IMG/VR virus record: IMGVR_UViG_3300021963_005690
Coordinates: 1-64,000 of that record
Reading direction: 5' to 3' (one strand)
Length of the DNA: 64,000 nucleotides
DNA from: a virus
The notes beneath the pieces were generated by a model, which saw only the letters and a program-made list of their open reading frames with translations, searched no databases and was not told the origin of the DNA. Numbering within the stretch: position 1 is the first letter of the stretch; each line of letters opens with the position of its first letter. This document shows positions 55,844 to 64,000 of this stretch, in pieces. The translations under genes and the position numbers were made by a program.

Positions 55844-58164
55844 TATAATTTGCAGGCTAAGCAATCCTCTTCTTCATCTATATCATTAAAGCCACTAGGC
55901 AAATCTAATACAGTTTCATCTTGGCTCTTACTACCTGCTTTGTTAATCAAGCTATAGTAGAATGTTTTTAATCCCCACATATGTGCCTGCATCAAGTTCT
56001 TAGCAATCAATGTTGTTGGAACTTTACGTTCAGGGAAATGTGCAGGGTTATAGAATGTATTAGTTGATATTGATTGATCTACATAGGCTGCAATAACTGC
56101 CGCGGTCTTTAAATAACCATCACAATCTTTTTGATCCCACATCAATTGATATTTATGTTTCAATTTATGATATTCGGGAACAACTTGCACAAAACTTCCT
56201 GCTTTACTTTCTTTTACTGATATCAAACTCATTGGCATTTCAATGCCATTAGTACTGTTGATAACTACTGAACTAGATTCTACAGGAGCCACAGCCATTT
56301 GTGTAGCATTACGGACACCATAACTACGCATCATAGCACGTAATCCTTCCCAGTTAAGTTCTGGATCAAAGTTAGTTAATTCGTTTACACCATTGGCACG
56401 TAATTCCCAAGGAAAGATACCTTGCCCATAACGTGTTTTATCGCTATGTTCGCAACGACCACGTTCTTGTGCTAGTTCTACACTTGCTTCAGTTAAGTAG
56501 AAGGATAGATGTTCCATCCACGTCTTGACTTCAGCCAGGGAATCTTTTTCTCCGTATCTGAGACTTCGTTTGGCGTGCCAGTATGCAAGATTAGTAATTC
56601 CAATTCCGAGAGGTCTGATTTCATCGTTTGATAGTTTAGACTGAATGGATAGAAAGTCTTGATAGTCAAGAATGTTATTGAGGCTACGATGCAATATGCG
56701 ACAAGCACGGCGCATATCTTCTGGGTTACGGAACGCACCCCAATTGATACTGCCCAATGTGCAAAGAGCGATACGACCATCGCTGTCATCCAGACGTTTA
56801 AAGGATTTAGTAGGTAAAAGAATTTCACAGCATAAGTTACTCTGGTAAATTGTATGATATTCAGGATCAAATGGTCCTTGATTCATAACATTGTCAACGA
56901 ACACTAAGTAGATACGACCTGTATCTGTTCGTTCTTTAAGAATGCCCGACTTGAATACTTCTTCAGCACTCATTGTTTTCTTTCTTAAGTCTTTACGTTT
57001 TTCATATTTAATGTATAATTCTTCAAACAATTCAGTATTTGAATAGAAAGCTTGGTAAAGATCAGGAACTTCATTAGGATCAAAGAAGGTTATTTGTTCT
57101 TTGTTTTTAAATCTTCTCCAGAAGAATGCACTAAGAACAACCCCATAGTCCATGAACCTGACACGTGTTTCGTCGGTTCCTTGATTGTTTTTAAGTACGA
57201 TAAGATCATCAAACTGATGATGCCAAATGGGATAAAATACAGTAGCACTTGCATTACGAATACCTCCTTGACTGCAACTTCTTAAGTCACCGAACCATTT
57301 CTTTAAGAACGGAATCATGCCGGTGTGCATAATCTCGCCACCACGAATAGGACTGCCTAATGGTCGTAGTCTACCAATTTCTAAGCCTATGCCAGCACGT
57401 TTGCTAGCATACTTTGCCATCATCTCACCAGAAGCAAATATGCTATCCAGATCGTCGTCACTGCGGATAAGTACGCAACTACTAAACTGTTTAGTAGGAG
57501 TCCCAAGACCAGCGAGAACAGGAGTAGCAAGAGTGAACAACCCATCACTGGCTGCATTGTAATATTCTTTAATATAACGCATACGGGCGTTATTAGGTTC
57601 TTCTTTATGAAAAACTGTAGCGGCTGCAACCATGTATCTAATTTGAGGTGTTTCATATGTTTGTTTTGTTGAACGATTACGAACAAGATATTTTTCAATT
57701 AATTGCTCAATGGCGGCATAACTATATTGTTCATCTTTAGAATGGTCAAGCATGTCATCCATCTTGTTCCAATCATCTTCACTATACCATTCTAGTAGTT
57801 CTGGCGTATATAATCCTGTAGCTACATTAGTTACTACAATATCATAAAGACGGGGAGGTTCATAGTTGCCGTATACTGATTTTCTCAACATAGATAAACG
57901 TTGTTTACCTGCTACATATTGATAGTTTGTATGTCCTACATCTGGATTGTTTTCTACGTCAATCAAGTCAACTACAGCACGTAACGTAATTTCATCTATC
58001 TCTTTTGTGGTTATTCCATCATAGAAATGTAGTTGACTTTTAATTTCCACCATCGATGGACTAACATCTGCTATTCCTTTGCACACTGTAGCAACCTGTG
58101 CTTGCCATTTTTCTATCATTAATGGTTCTTTTTTCCCACTTCGTTTAATAATACTAATATTCAT
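55843..58164 (-). CDS. nrdA: ribonucleotide reductase class Ia alpha subunit
   Basis: ATP cone, QFSSC, SNLCCEI, ALCTL, C-terminal CLAC. Confidence 0.96.
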   Translation of the reverse strand: MNISIIKRSGKKEPLMIEKWQAQVATVCKGIADVSPSMVEIKSQLHFYDGITTKEIDEITLRAVVDLIDVENNPDVGHTNYQYVAGKQRLSMLRKSVYGNYEPPRLYDIVVTNVATGLYTPELLEWYSEDDWNKMDDMLDHSKDEQYSYAAIEQLIEKYLVRNRSTKQTYETPQIRYMVAAATVFHKEEPNNARMRYIKEYYNAASDGLFTLATPVLAGLGTPTKQFSSCVLIRSDDDLDSIFASGEMMAKYASKRAGIGLEIGRLRPLGSPIRGGEIMHTGMIPFLKKWFGDLRSCSQGGIRNASATVFYPIWHHQFDDLIVLKNNQGTDETRVRFMDYGVVLSAFFWRRFKNKEQITFFDPNEVPDLYQAFYSNTELFEELYIKYEKRKDLRKKTMSAEEVFKSGILKERTDTGRIYLVFVDNVMNQGPFDPEYHTIYQSNLCCEILLPTKSFKRLDDSDGRIALCTLGSINWGAFRNPEDMRRACRILHRSLNNILDYQDFLSIQSKLSNDEIRPLGIGITNLAYWHAKRSLRYGEKDSLAEVKTWMEHLSFYLTEASVELAQERGRCEHSDKTRYGQGIFPWELRANGVNELTNFDPELNWEGLRAMMRSYGVRNATQMAVAPVESSSVVINSTNGIEMPMSLISVKESKAGSFVQVVPEYHKLKHKYQLMWDQKDCDGYLKTAAVIAAYVDQSISTNTFYNPAHFPERKVPTTLIAKNLMQAHMWGLKTFYYSLINKAGSKSQDETVLDLPSGFNDIDEEEDCLACKL

Positions 58165-58167
58165 TTA

Positions 58168-58806
58168 TTACCTTTTATTTTTATTTTGACATTTTCCGTT
58201 AAGATGCCATCTATTAAACATACCAATACTTGCTAATATGCCACAGGCGTCACATTTTTTCTTTGAGAGTTTTTTACCATAGTTAGGATTATTTTCTCCT
58301 GTTTTACCATACATTGGGTTTTTTGATCCTGATTGATCAAAATTTATTCGTTTAACTCCTACTTTTGATAACTTTATAGCATCTCTACTTTCGGAAGTAT
58401 GCTTATAGCCATATGCCGGATGTTCTTCTCTTTTTTTACCATGCATGGGATTGTGTTCTCCGGTCATGTCTGGTCGTTTTTTACCATATGCATGGTGTTT
58501 TTCTTTTGTTCTTCCAAACATACCATTTTGTTTTCCAATCAAACGAACACCATCTCCTCCATTAGTTTTATTTCTTAAAATTCCCGTACCCAAATCTATC
58601 CTACCATATGTTTTTATTAAATTAATTTCATGTTCCTTTGCTTCGGTATCAGTTAAATTTTCTTGTAATATAACAATACGTGATATATCTGTTGGTTTGC
58701 CTATTTCATTTTTAGCTTTTGTCCAAGCCCTTTTATCCTTACCCTTACCTATATAGTAAGGGGTACCATCTTCTCGTAAATACGCATAAACATAAAACTG
58801 ATTCAT
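58168..58806 (-). CDS. GIY-YIG homing endonuclease with NUMOD3 repeats
   Basis: FYVYAY...PYYIGKG..R, LRN.T.GGDG, repeated NPM.GK. Confidence 0.85.
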   Translation of the reverse strand: MNQFYVYAYLREDGTPYYIGKGKDKRAWTKAKNEIGKPTDISRIVILQENLTDTEAKEHEINLIKTYGRIDLGTGILRNKTNGGDGVRLIGKQNGMFGRTKEKHHAYGKKRPDMTGEHNPMHGKKREEHPAYGYKHTSESRDAIKLSKVGVKRINFDQSGSKNPMYGKTGENNPNYGKKLSKKKCDACGILASIGMFNRWHLNGKCQNKNKR

Positions 58807-59237
58807 CTTATTTTTTCTTTCAATGAGTCTATACTTATTCGGGTTGATAGCGTAAAATCTGTTGTTTTATTGGTTTGTACAGTGTTAGGCCAATAATTAA
58901 GTACATAGGTATCATATACTATAACTAATGAAACATCATCTCCTTGAGAATCAGTAGCTAACACAAACTCTATATCAGTAATATCCATTAATAGTAGAGT
59001 ATAACACATTCCTAGACCTCTTGCAAGCGTACAATAGGTGTTTTCTACCAAAAGTTCCCAAGGACCGGGCCATGTGGGTAAATCAATTGGATGTAAATAA
59101 TGGTTAACTAATGGGGCACGTTGCCACCATTTGTCTATTTCTACACATTGTTGATCTAAATCAAAATCTTTGATTTGATTGCGTAAATTATACCAGCTTT
59201 GTAATCTATTGTCGTAAGACGATTGAAATGAGTTCAT
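58803..59237 (-). CDS. hypothetical phage protein
   Basis: WP.PWEL motif. Confidence 0.6.
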   Translation of the reverse strand: MNSFQSSYDNRLQSWYNLRNQIKDFDLDQQCVEIDKWWQRAPLVNHYLHPIDLPTWPGPWELLVENTYCTLARGLGMCYTLLLMDITDIEFVLATDSQGDDVSLVIVYDTYVLNYWPNTVQTNKTTDFTLSTRISIDSLKEKIR

Positions 59238-59248
59238 TAGATAACTAC

Positions 59249-60025
59249 TTATCTATTTTCAATATTAGCTAGCGTTTTCCTTGTTTTAGTCATATCAGCA
59301 CATGTGTATTTCTGATAATTGTTTTTCAATATCTCTGGAATCGGAATTTCAACTACTTTAACATTGAAAGTGTTTGCTATATCCAAGAAACTCATAGGTT
59401 TCCCACTACCTACATTAAATATCCCGGATTCTTTCACATTTAAAAACTTTAAGTGAATATCTATTACATCTTCTACAGGAACAAAATCTCTCTTATGTTC
59501 TGCACTATTTTCAAATACACTAATTTCCCCCGTCTTTGATTGCTGATAAAACTGACTGAAGGGGCTTGCTTGTTTATCTTTGTGCTCTTCTCCTATACCA
59601 TTTAATGCATATACATTAAAGTATCTAAATCCTTGTACTATACTTCCTGTAGGATGTTTTTCTACATATCTCTCAAATAAATACTTGCTCCAGGCATAAG
59701 GATTTCTTGGATCAACTGGAGCAGTTTCAGTAAAATCTGTACCCAATCCATACACACTTGCACTACTAGAATATTGCATATTAACTCCAAATGTTTTACA
59801 TTCTTCATATAAGTCTATGCTAAACTCTGTGTTCTGTCTAAGTATCTTATCAATATCACGTTCGGTTGTGCTACTGATTCCACCCATATGAATTACCCAA
59901 TTAAAATCTATTACACTAGGTCTAATGCCATCCGACCACTCATATGTAGTAACATCATGCTCTGCTAGTGCTTTAAGCATATAACTGCCTATAAAGCCTT
60001 TATGCCCTGTTAATAATATTTTCAT
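59249..60025 (-). CDS. hldD: ADP-L-glycero-D-manno-heptose 6-epimerase-like SDR
   Basis: TG..GFIG, H.G.ISSTTE, SSASVYG, YAWSK, RYFNVY, E.HK..QAS, YQ.YT.AD. Confidence 0.8.
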   Translation of the reverse strand: MKILLTGHKGFIGSYMLKALAEHDVTTYEWSDGIRPSVIDFNWVIHMGGISSTTERDIDKILRQNTEFSIDLYEECKTFGVNMQYSSSASVYGLGTDFTETAPVDPRNPYAWSKYLFERYVEKHPTGSIVQGFRYFNVYALNGIGEEHKDKQASPFSQFYQQSKTGEISVFENSAEHKRDFVPVEDVIDIHLKFLNVKESGIFNVGSGKPMSFLDIANTFNVKVVEIPIPEILKNNYQKYTCADMTKTRKTLANIENR

Positions 60026-60315
60026 TTAAAATATGTACCTACGTTAAATGCTTTATCATCAATCCAAATATCATATGCAGGCTTACCCGACTTAGCAGTT
60101 GTATACTTTACACCCCAATCAGCTAATTGCATTAATGTAAGGTTATCCCAATTTTTTCCACTATTAGCACCACGTGCTGTCCAATAATGTATCTCATTAC
60201 CAGCATCATATAACATATTAAAATGTTGTATACGTGATAGATAAGGTTCAGCATTAGCATAATCACCATTGGTTGTAGTACATATTGTACCATCTATATC
60301 TACAATATATTTCAT
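60022..60315 (-). CDS. small HAD-family phosphatase (capsule-biosynthesis type)
   Basis: DIDGT, TARG, GKP, IDDKA. Confidence 0.8.
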   Translation of the reverse strand: MKYIVDIDGTICTTTNGDYANAEPYLSRIQHFNMLYDAGNEIHYWTARGANSGKNWDNLTLMQLADWGVKYTTAKSGKPAYDIWIDDKAFNVGTYFK

Positions 60316-60668
60316 TTTTGACTATCTCCGGGTAGTATTCTATAATTATCTTCTACACTATCGGGTGTACTAACTTCACAAATCACACCCTCTTCAATAC
60401 ATATTAACTGATGCGGTAATAATGGTGGGTTATGCCATGTATCACCCTTCTCTAATATATGTTCGTATTGTGTTGCGTTTGCTGTATTGATACATATAAC
60501 TTTGAACTTACCGGATACAACATGCCAAGTTTCATCTTTGATTGCATGAAAGTGCATACTAAATTTAGAGCCAGTATTAAAGTGCAACATCTTTCCGCAA
60601 TATTTATCATTGGTAGCCCAGATATTTTCTGCTCCCCAACCCTTCTCTACAAATCCTTCAAGTCGCAT
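60312..60668 (-). CDS. cupin sugar-isomerase-like protein
   Basis: KGWG.E, SMHFH..K.ETW, H, EVST. Confidence 0.75.
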   Translation of the reverse strand: MRLEGFVEKGWGAENIWATNDKYCGKMLHFNTGSKFSMHFHAIKDETWHVVSGKFKVICINTANATQYEHILEKGDTWHNPPLLPHQLICIEEGVICEVSTPDSVEDNYRILPGDSQK

Positions 60669-61413
60669 TTATTTCCTTTAATGTAGGTGCATATACACCA
60701 ATGTGCTGTACTGTAATAGAACTAGCTTTAATAGCAAAAGATATTGCTTGTTCCATATCTTTTGTTGTTAAATATCCATAAGTCAATGCTGATAAGAATG
60801 TGTCTCCTGCACCGCACACATCAAATGCATCTACTTTAGGCACGTTGAATGTTTTGTTATTATATGATACACTACTGCCACCATGGGTGATTACCATGTT
60901 AGAACAATCACTAGTTCTGCTATTATACTCTGTTTCATTGATCTTTACTATACATCCTTCAAACAGTTTTAAATCACGTTTCTTTGTATCAACAAAGATA
61001 GGACCATTATACTGTTGTCTAATGCCAATAATCAATTCTTCTGTAACAAAGCCTTTAGCATAATCAGAAATAACTATAGCATCACTATCAGTTATAAATT
61101 CTAATATATAGTCTAATTTGCAAGGATGAGATTTCACATCGTCATCAATACGCATTAGTTGTTGTTTAGATTTTACATCTATTAAGCGTTTCTTTTTAGA
61201 CGGGTCACCTAAGAAAGATGAAACAGTCAATCCCAATGCTAATAGATTTTCTTTTACATTGCTACCCATGCCTGATTTGATATCAGTATGTTTAGGAACA
61301 AAAACGGGTACAGGAGCTTCTGGGCTAATTCTATCTACTGTACCATATTGATATTCATCAATGCAAGTGTCGCCTATTAATGTAATTTTCAATTGTTTTT
61401 GTTGTTGATTCAT
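60658..61413 (-). CDS. heptose 7-phosphate kinase (HldE/RfaE domain I, PfkB)
   Basis: RISPEAPVPV, SDYAKG, DVCGAGDT. Confidence 0.88.
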   Translation of the reverse strand: MNQQQKQLKITLIGDTCIDEYQYGTVDRISPEAPVPVFVPKHTDIKSGMGSNVKENLLALGLTVSSFLGDPSKKKRLIDVKSKQQLMRIDDDVKSHPCKLDYILEFITDSDAIVISDYAKGFVTEELIIGIRQQYNGPIFVDTKKRDLKLFEGCIVKINETEYNSRTSDCSNMVITHGGSSVSYNNKTFNVPKVDAFDVCGAGDTFLSALTYGYLTTKDMEQAISFAIKASSITVQHIGVYAPTLKEINAT

Positions 61414-61765
61414 CTATCGTTCTATCAAAGAATACTAACTCTTTAGCATACTCTGACCCTATTACTGTTTTATCTTTCCAATCACTGCCAACTAGCATTA
61501 TGTCTGGACTGTATTGTTCAATTATGTTTTCTAATTCAAAATCTGTATTAAAAACTAATACTTTATCAACAGCTTTTAAGTTACTAAGTAATGCTATTCT
61601 ATTATCTATTTTATTGAATGGTCTATCACTGCCTTTTTTCTCTGTTACTCTGTTATCGGAATCAATTGCTACTACAAGATATGTACCTAAACTCTTTGCA
61701 TAGTTTAATAGTTCCAAATGGCCTATATGCAATATATCAAATGTCCCGTTAACAAAAACTTTCAT
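61358..61765 (-). CDS. heptose 1-phosphate adenylyltransferase (HldE/RfaE domain II)
   Basis: NGTFDILHIGH, SD..V..KG..RP, STT. Confidence 0.85.
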   Translation of the reverse strand: MKVFVNGTFDILHIGHLELLNYAKSLGTYLVVAIDSDNRVTEKKGSDRPFNKIDNRIALLSNLKAVDKVLVFNTDFELENIIEQYSPDIMLVGSDWKDKTVIGSEYAKELVFFDRTIDESTTKTIENYINRRHLH

Positions 61766-62553
61766 AGTCCCAATGATTTACGAATATTTGTTGCACTTAT
61801 GGCATGTATTTTGTCATCAAATGTTTCTTGTTCAATCTTATATCCAACATCACGTCCATATGTAATATTCACAATGTTTGGCACAACTTGAATCTCATAT
61901 TGACCTTGATATAATGGATCTAAATCACGTTTAATAAATGATTTGACTTTTTCAATTTCAAATGGGTTACTTCCTTGCCAACCTTGACAGTCCCGTATTT
62001 GAATAACAACCTGTCCTGTCTTATTTATAGCACGTTCAAACAATGCACTATGACCATCATGCCATGGTTGCCACCGTCCTAGCATTTGCACCGTTTCTTT
62101 TTTCCAATCAAAAATAGGTCTGCGTCTATTGTCATATAGATGTGCAAATATAAACTCACTCCATTTTTCTGAGTTTTGTTCGGTGATACGGAAATCATAT
62201 ACTTCTGGTGGAATGAATGCTTTGTTAGTATCTTCATAGCGACCCTCTTTTATTGTATCTACCCAAATAGTCCAATCAGCTTTGAAGTTATTACGCATCT
62301 CAACTAGTGGTGCAACAAAGTCACATATAACGTAATCAACATCAGTCATTGCATCTGCTAGTTCACGCATACGCAAACTTTGACGTATACGTCCTTCTTT
62401 GCTGAAATCCCAATCATTATATTTTTTACGAACATCATCTGCGTTTAGCCAAGCTACACGTTTATTAGCTGTTTGTAAGTGACCGAGTAAGTGTTGTGCC
62501 AGATAAGTTTTGCCTGAGCCTGGCAGACCCATAATTAGAATACGTTGTGTCAT
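61762..62553 (-). CDS. adenylylsulfate-kinase-like P-loop domain fused to nucleotidyltransferase domain
   Basis: GLPGSGKT, D.VR...DFS.EGR; GRWQPWHDGH ... ISATNIR. Confidence 0.8.
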   Translation of the reverse strand: MTQRILIMGLPGSGKTYLAQHLLGHLQTANKRVAWLNADDVRKKYNDWDFSKEGRIRQSLRMRELADAMTDVDYVICDFVAPLVEMRNNFKADWTIWVDTIKEGRYEDTNKAFIPPEVYDFRITEQNSEKWSEFIFAHLYDNRRRPIFDWKKETVQMLGRWQPWHDGHSALFERAINKTGQVVIQIRDCQGWQGSNPFEIEKVKSFIKRDLDPLYQGQYEIQVVPNIVNITYGRDVGYKIEQETFDDKIHAISATNIRKSLGL

Positions 62554-62607
62554 GTTTATCTCCTGATATAAAAATATTTATAGTAGAGATATATTACCCG
62601 TTTATTT

Positions 62608-62988
62608 TTAACTATCGTTAACTTTGCCAAATTTTTCATTAGCTATAGAGATTACTGACGGGTGATGGCCTTTTCTGCAATCAAATTGTCTACACGCTAT
62701 GGGTCTATATTCATATATAGAACATTTACCATTTACAAACATATTACAACCTCCACCATTTTTCTTAAAGATTGTTACTATAGGACCTATATTAGGATTA
62801 GCATTACGTTGTTCAAGTGTGGGTGTAACTAAACTTAGTGGATATTTACCTGAACTAATTTCGTCCGGAGTTAAATTAGGAGCAAGTAATTCACAACATC
62901 TAGTACATGTGCCACACGGTACATCCTCAATAGGTTCATCCGTTGTGATAGATGTTAAATTTATAGACAAAATGTTGAAGTGTTGCAT
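62608..62988 (-). CDS. YkgJ-family CxxCxxCC cluster protein
   Basis: CGTCTRCC ... C.IYE.RP..CR.F.C. Confidence 0.8.
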   Translation of the reverse strand: MQHFNILSINLTSITTDEPIEDVPCGTCTRCCELLAPNLTPDEISSGKYPLSLVTPTLEQRNANPNIGPIVTIFKKNGGGCNMFVNGKCSIYEYRPIACRQFDCRKGHHPSVISIANEKFGKVNDS

Positions 62989-63609
62989 TTATTTCTCAAA
63001 TGTGATAAAAAATACTTGAGTTAGTCTGCTATCTTCTTTTGTAGTACCAAAATATTTATTTGACTTATGATAGATATCACCTTTGTATATTACTAACCGA
63101 TTAAACACATTACCAATTATATCTACCGGGGTGAATAGTTGTTGATATAGTTCAACATCTTCTTTTGTGTTAATTTGTTTTAATTTATTATACCCAGCCT
63201 GATCATTCATATAGCTTGTCCATTTATCAACATCATTGCAACGATATAACGTTGTACCCGTTGATGGGTCAGCATTTGGATTCAAGTACAATAATGCGGC
63301 ATAATCAATATTATTATCTTGATGTACCCAACTGTCACCGTCATTTTCAGTTGTTAGCTGAAAATAAGATTTGATACTTAGGCCTTGTTTTCCTGTCATT
63401 CTTGTTATAATATTTGAAACTGCATTAAGTACGTTATCACCGTATATTTTATCAAGATCGTATACATGATCTGTTCTTGAACCTGGCCAATCTGTATGTG
63501 TATTATATTTTTGTGTAAATTGTTGTGCGTTTAAAAATTCTTGTTGTAATGCCCAAGCCCTAACTTGATTTGGATATGGTAAAAAATTATTAATTGTTAG
63601 AGTATCCAT
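62989..63609 (-). CDS. 2OG-Fe(II) oxygenase-like protein (DUF6445-like)
   Basis: WPG.R, WVHQD, YLNP..GT, N.FNRLV.Y....H, RLTQVFF. Confidence 0.7.
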   Translation of the reverse strand: MDTLTINNFLPYPNQVRAWALQQEFLNAQQFTQKYNTHTDWPGSRTDHVYDLDKIYGDNVLNAVSNIITRMTGKQGLSIKSYFQLTTENDGDSWVHQDNNIDYAALLYLNPNADPSTGTTLYRCNDVDKWTSYMNDQAGYNKLKQINTKEDVELYQQLFTPVDIIGNVFNRLVIYKGDIYHKSNKYFGTTKEDSRLTQVFFITFEK

Positions 63610-63940
63610 TATTTAATTCCTTTATTAATAAATCTGCTACATTGATATGTTCTTCTTTTGACCAATATTCTTTATCAGTTTCTTTACCTGGTATATTTCT
63701 AGAAGCATTTAGCAAATTAGTTCCTCTTAATATATAGTTACTTACATCATTGAATTCATTATCTTCACATTGGTCGCACCATACGTCAAATGCTAACCAC
63801 CTACATCCTGCCTTATCTAATACATTTTGACAAGATGTAAACATTACTTTGAACATTTCTTTATACCAAGGTTCAGAATTAAACGGCCCGTAAGCTGACC
63901 ACATAAAGTTTTTAGCATAGTGACAGGTTGTACGATCCAT
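63590..63940 (-). CDS. hypothetical protein (true start may lie outside the window)
   Basis: ORF near window edge. Confidence 0.45.
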   Translation of the reverse strand: MDRTTCHYAKNFMWSAYGPFNSEPWYKEMFKVMFTSCQNVLDKAGCRWLAFDVWCDQCEDNEFNDVSNYILRGTNLLNASRNIPGKETDKEYWSKEEHINVADLLIKELNNGYSNN

Positions 63941-64000
63941 TAAATGGTATGATAATCTTTTAGTTCTTATTCCGTCATCATCTTCATTTAAATCTGTTAT

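Noticed and set aside
53360-58806. Intron or intein in nrdA/nrdB
   Set aside because: Both are uninterrupted and of normal length; the nearby endonucleases are free-standing.
1-64000. Stop-codon reassignment or suppressor tRNAs
   Set aside because: Conserved genes (nrdA, nrdB, iscU) are intact in the standard code, and no CTA/TTA/TCA anticodon was found.
1-64000. CRISPR array
   Set aside because: No regularly spaced direct repeats; the repeats seen are coding modules, promoters or inverted stems.

Overview
AT-rich segment of a large T4-like (jumbo) phage genome in the standard genetic code. The host is probably a betaproteobacterium (inferred from Bug/TctC, ErpA/IscU, NrdAB and IF-1 homologs). 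Layout: 0-7.5 kb, small metabolic and host-takeover genes (MazG-like, dCMP deaminase, peptidase S11, IF-1, SOD, ErpA). 7.5-14.8 kb, Gly/Asn/Thr-rich fibre-like structural genes and a papain-type protease. 14.9-21.5 kb, leftward small early genes behind repeated sigma70 promoters. 25.2-36.7 kb, a minus-strand operon of 25 tRNAs (19 amino acids, no Phe seen) mixed with rpoZ, homing endonucleases and several structured non-coding RNAs. 36.7-45.5 kb, a radical-SAM/PP-loop/TctC/hydroxylase/desaturase cluster. 45.5-58.8 kb, redox and Fe-S genes, baseplate-region genes and nrdAB. 59-64 kb, ADP-heptose-type sugar-nucleotide genes. The top finding lies at the head of the tRNA operon: a 45-codon leader ORF (36411-36548, minus strand, not in the ORF track) containing all 20 amino acids and 33 different codons. 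Its last codons can pair with the 5' arm of an intrinsic terminator just downstream. This is a candidate ribosome-mediated attenuator that senses failure of almost any tRNA and switches on the phage tRNA array. All family assignments come from motif recognition by eye; no searches were run.
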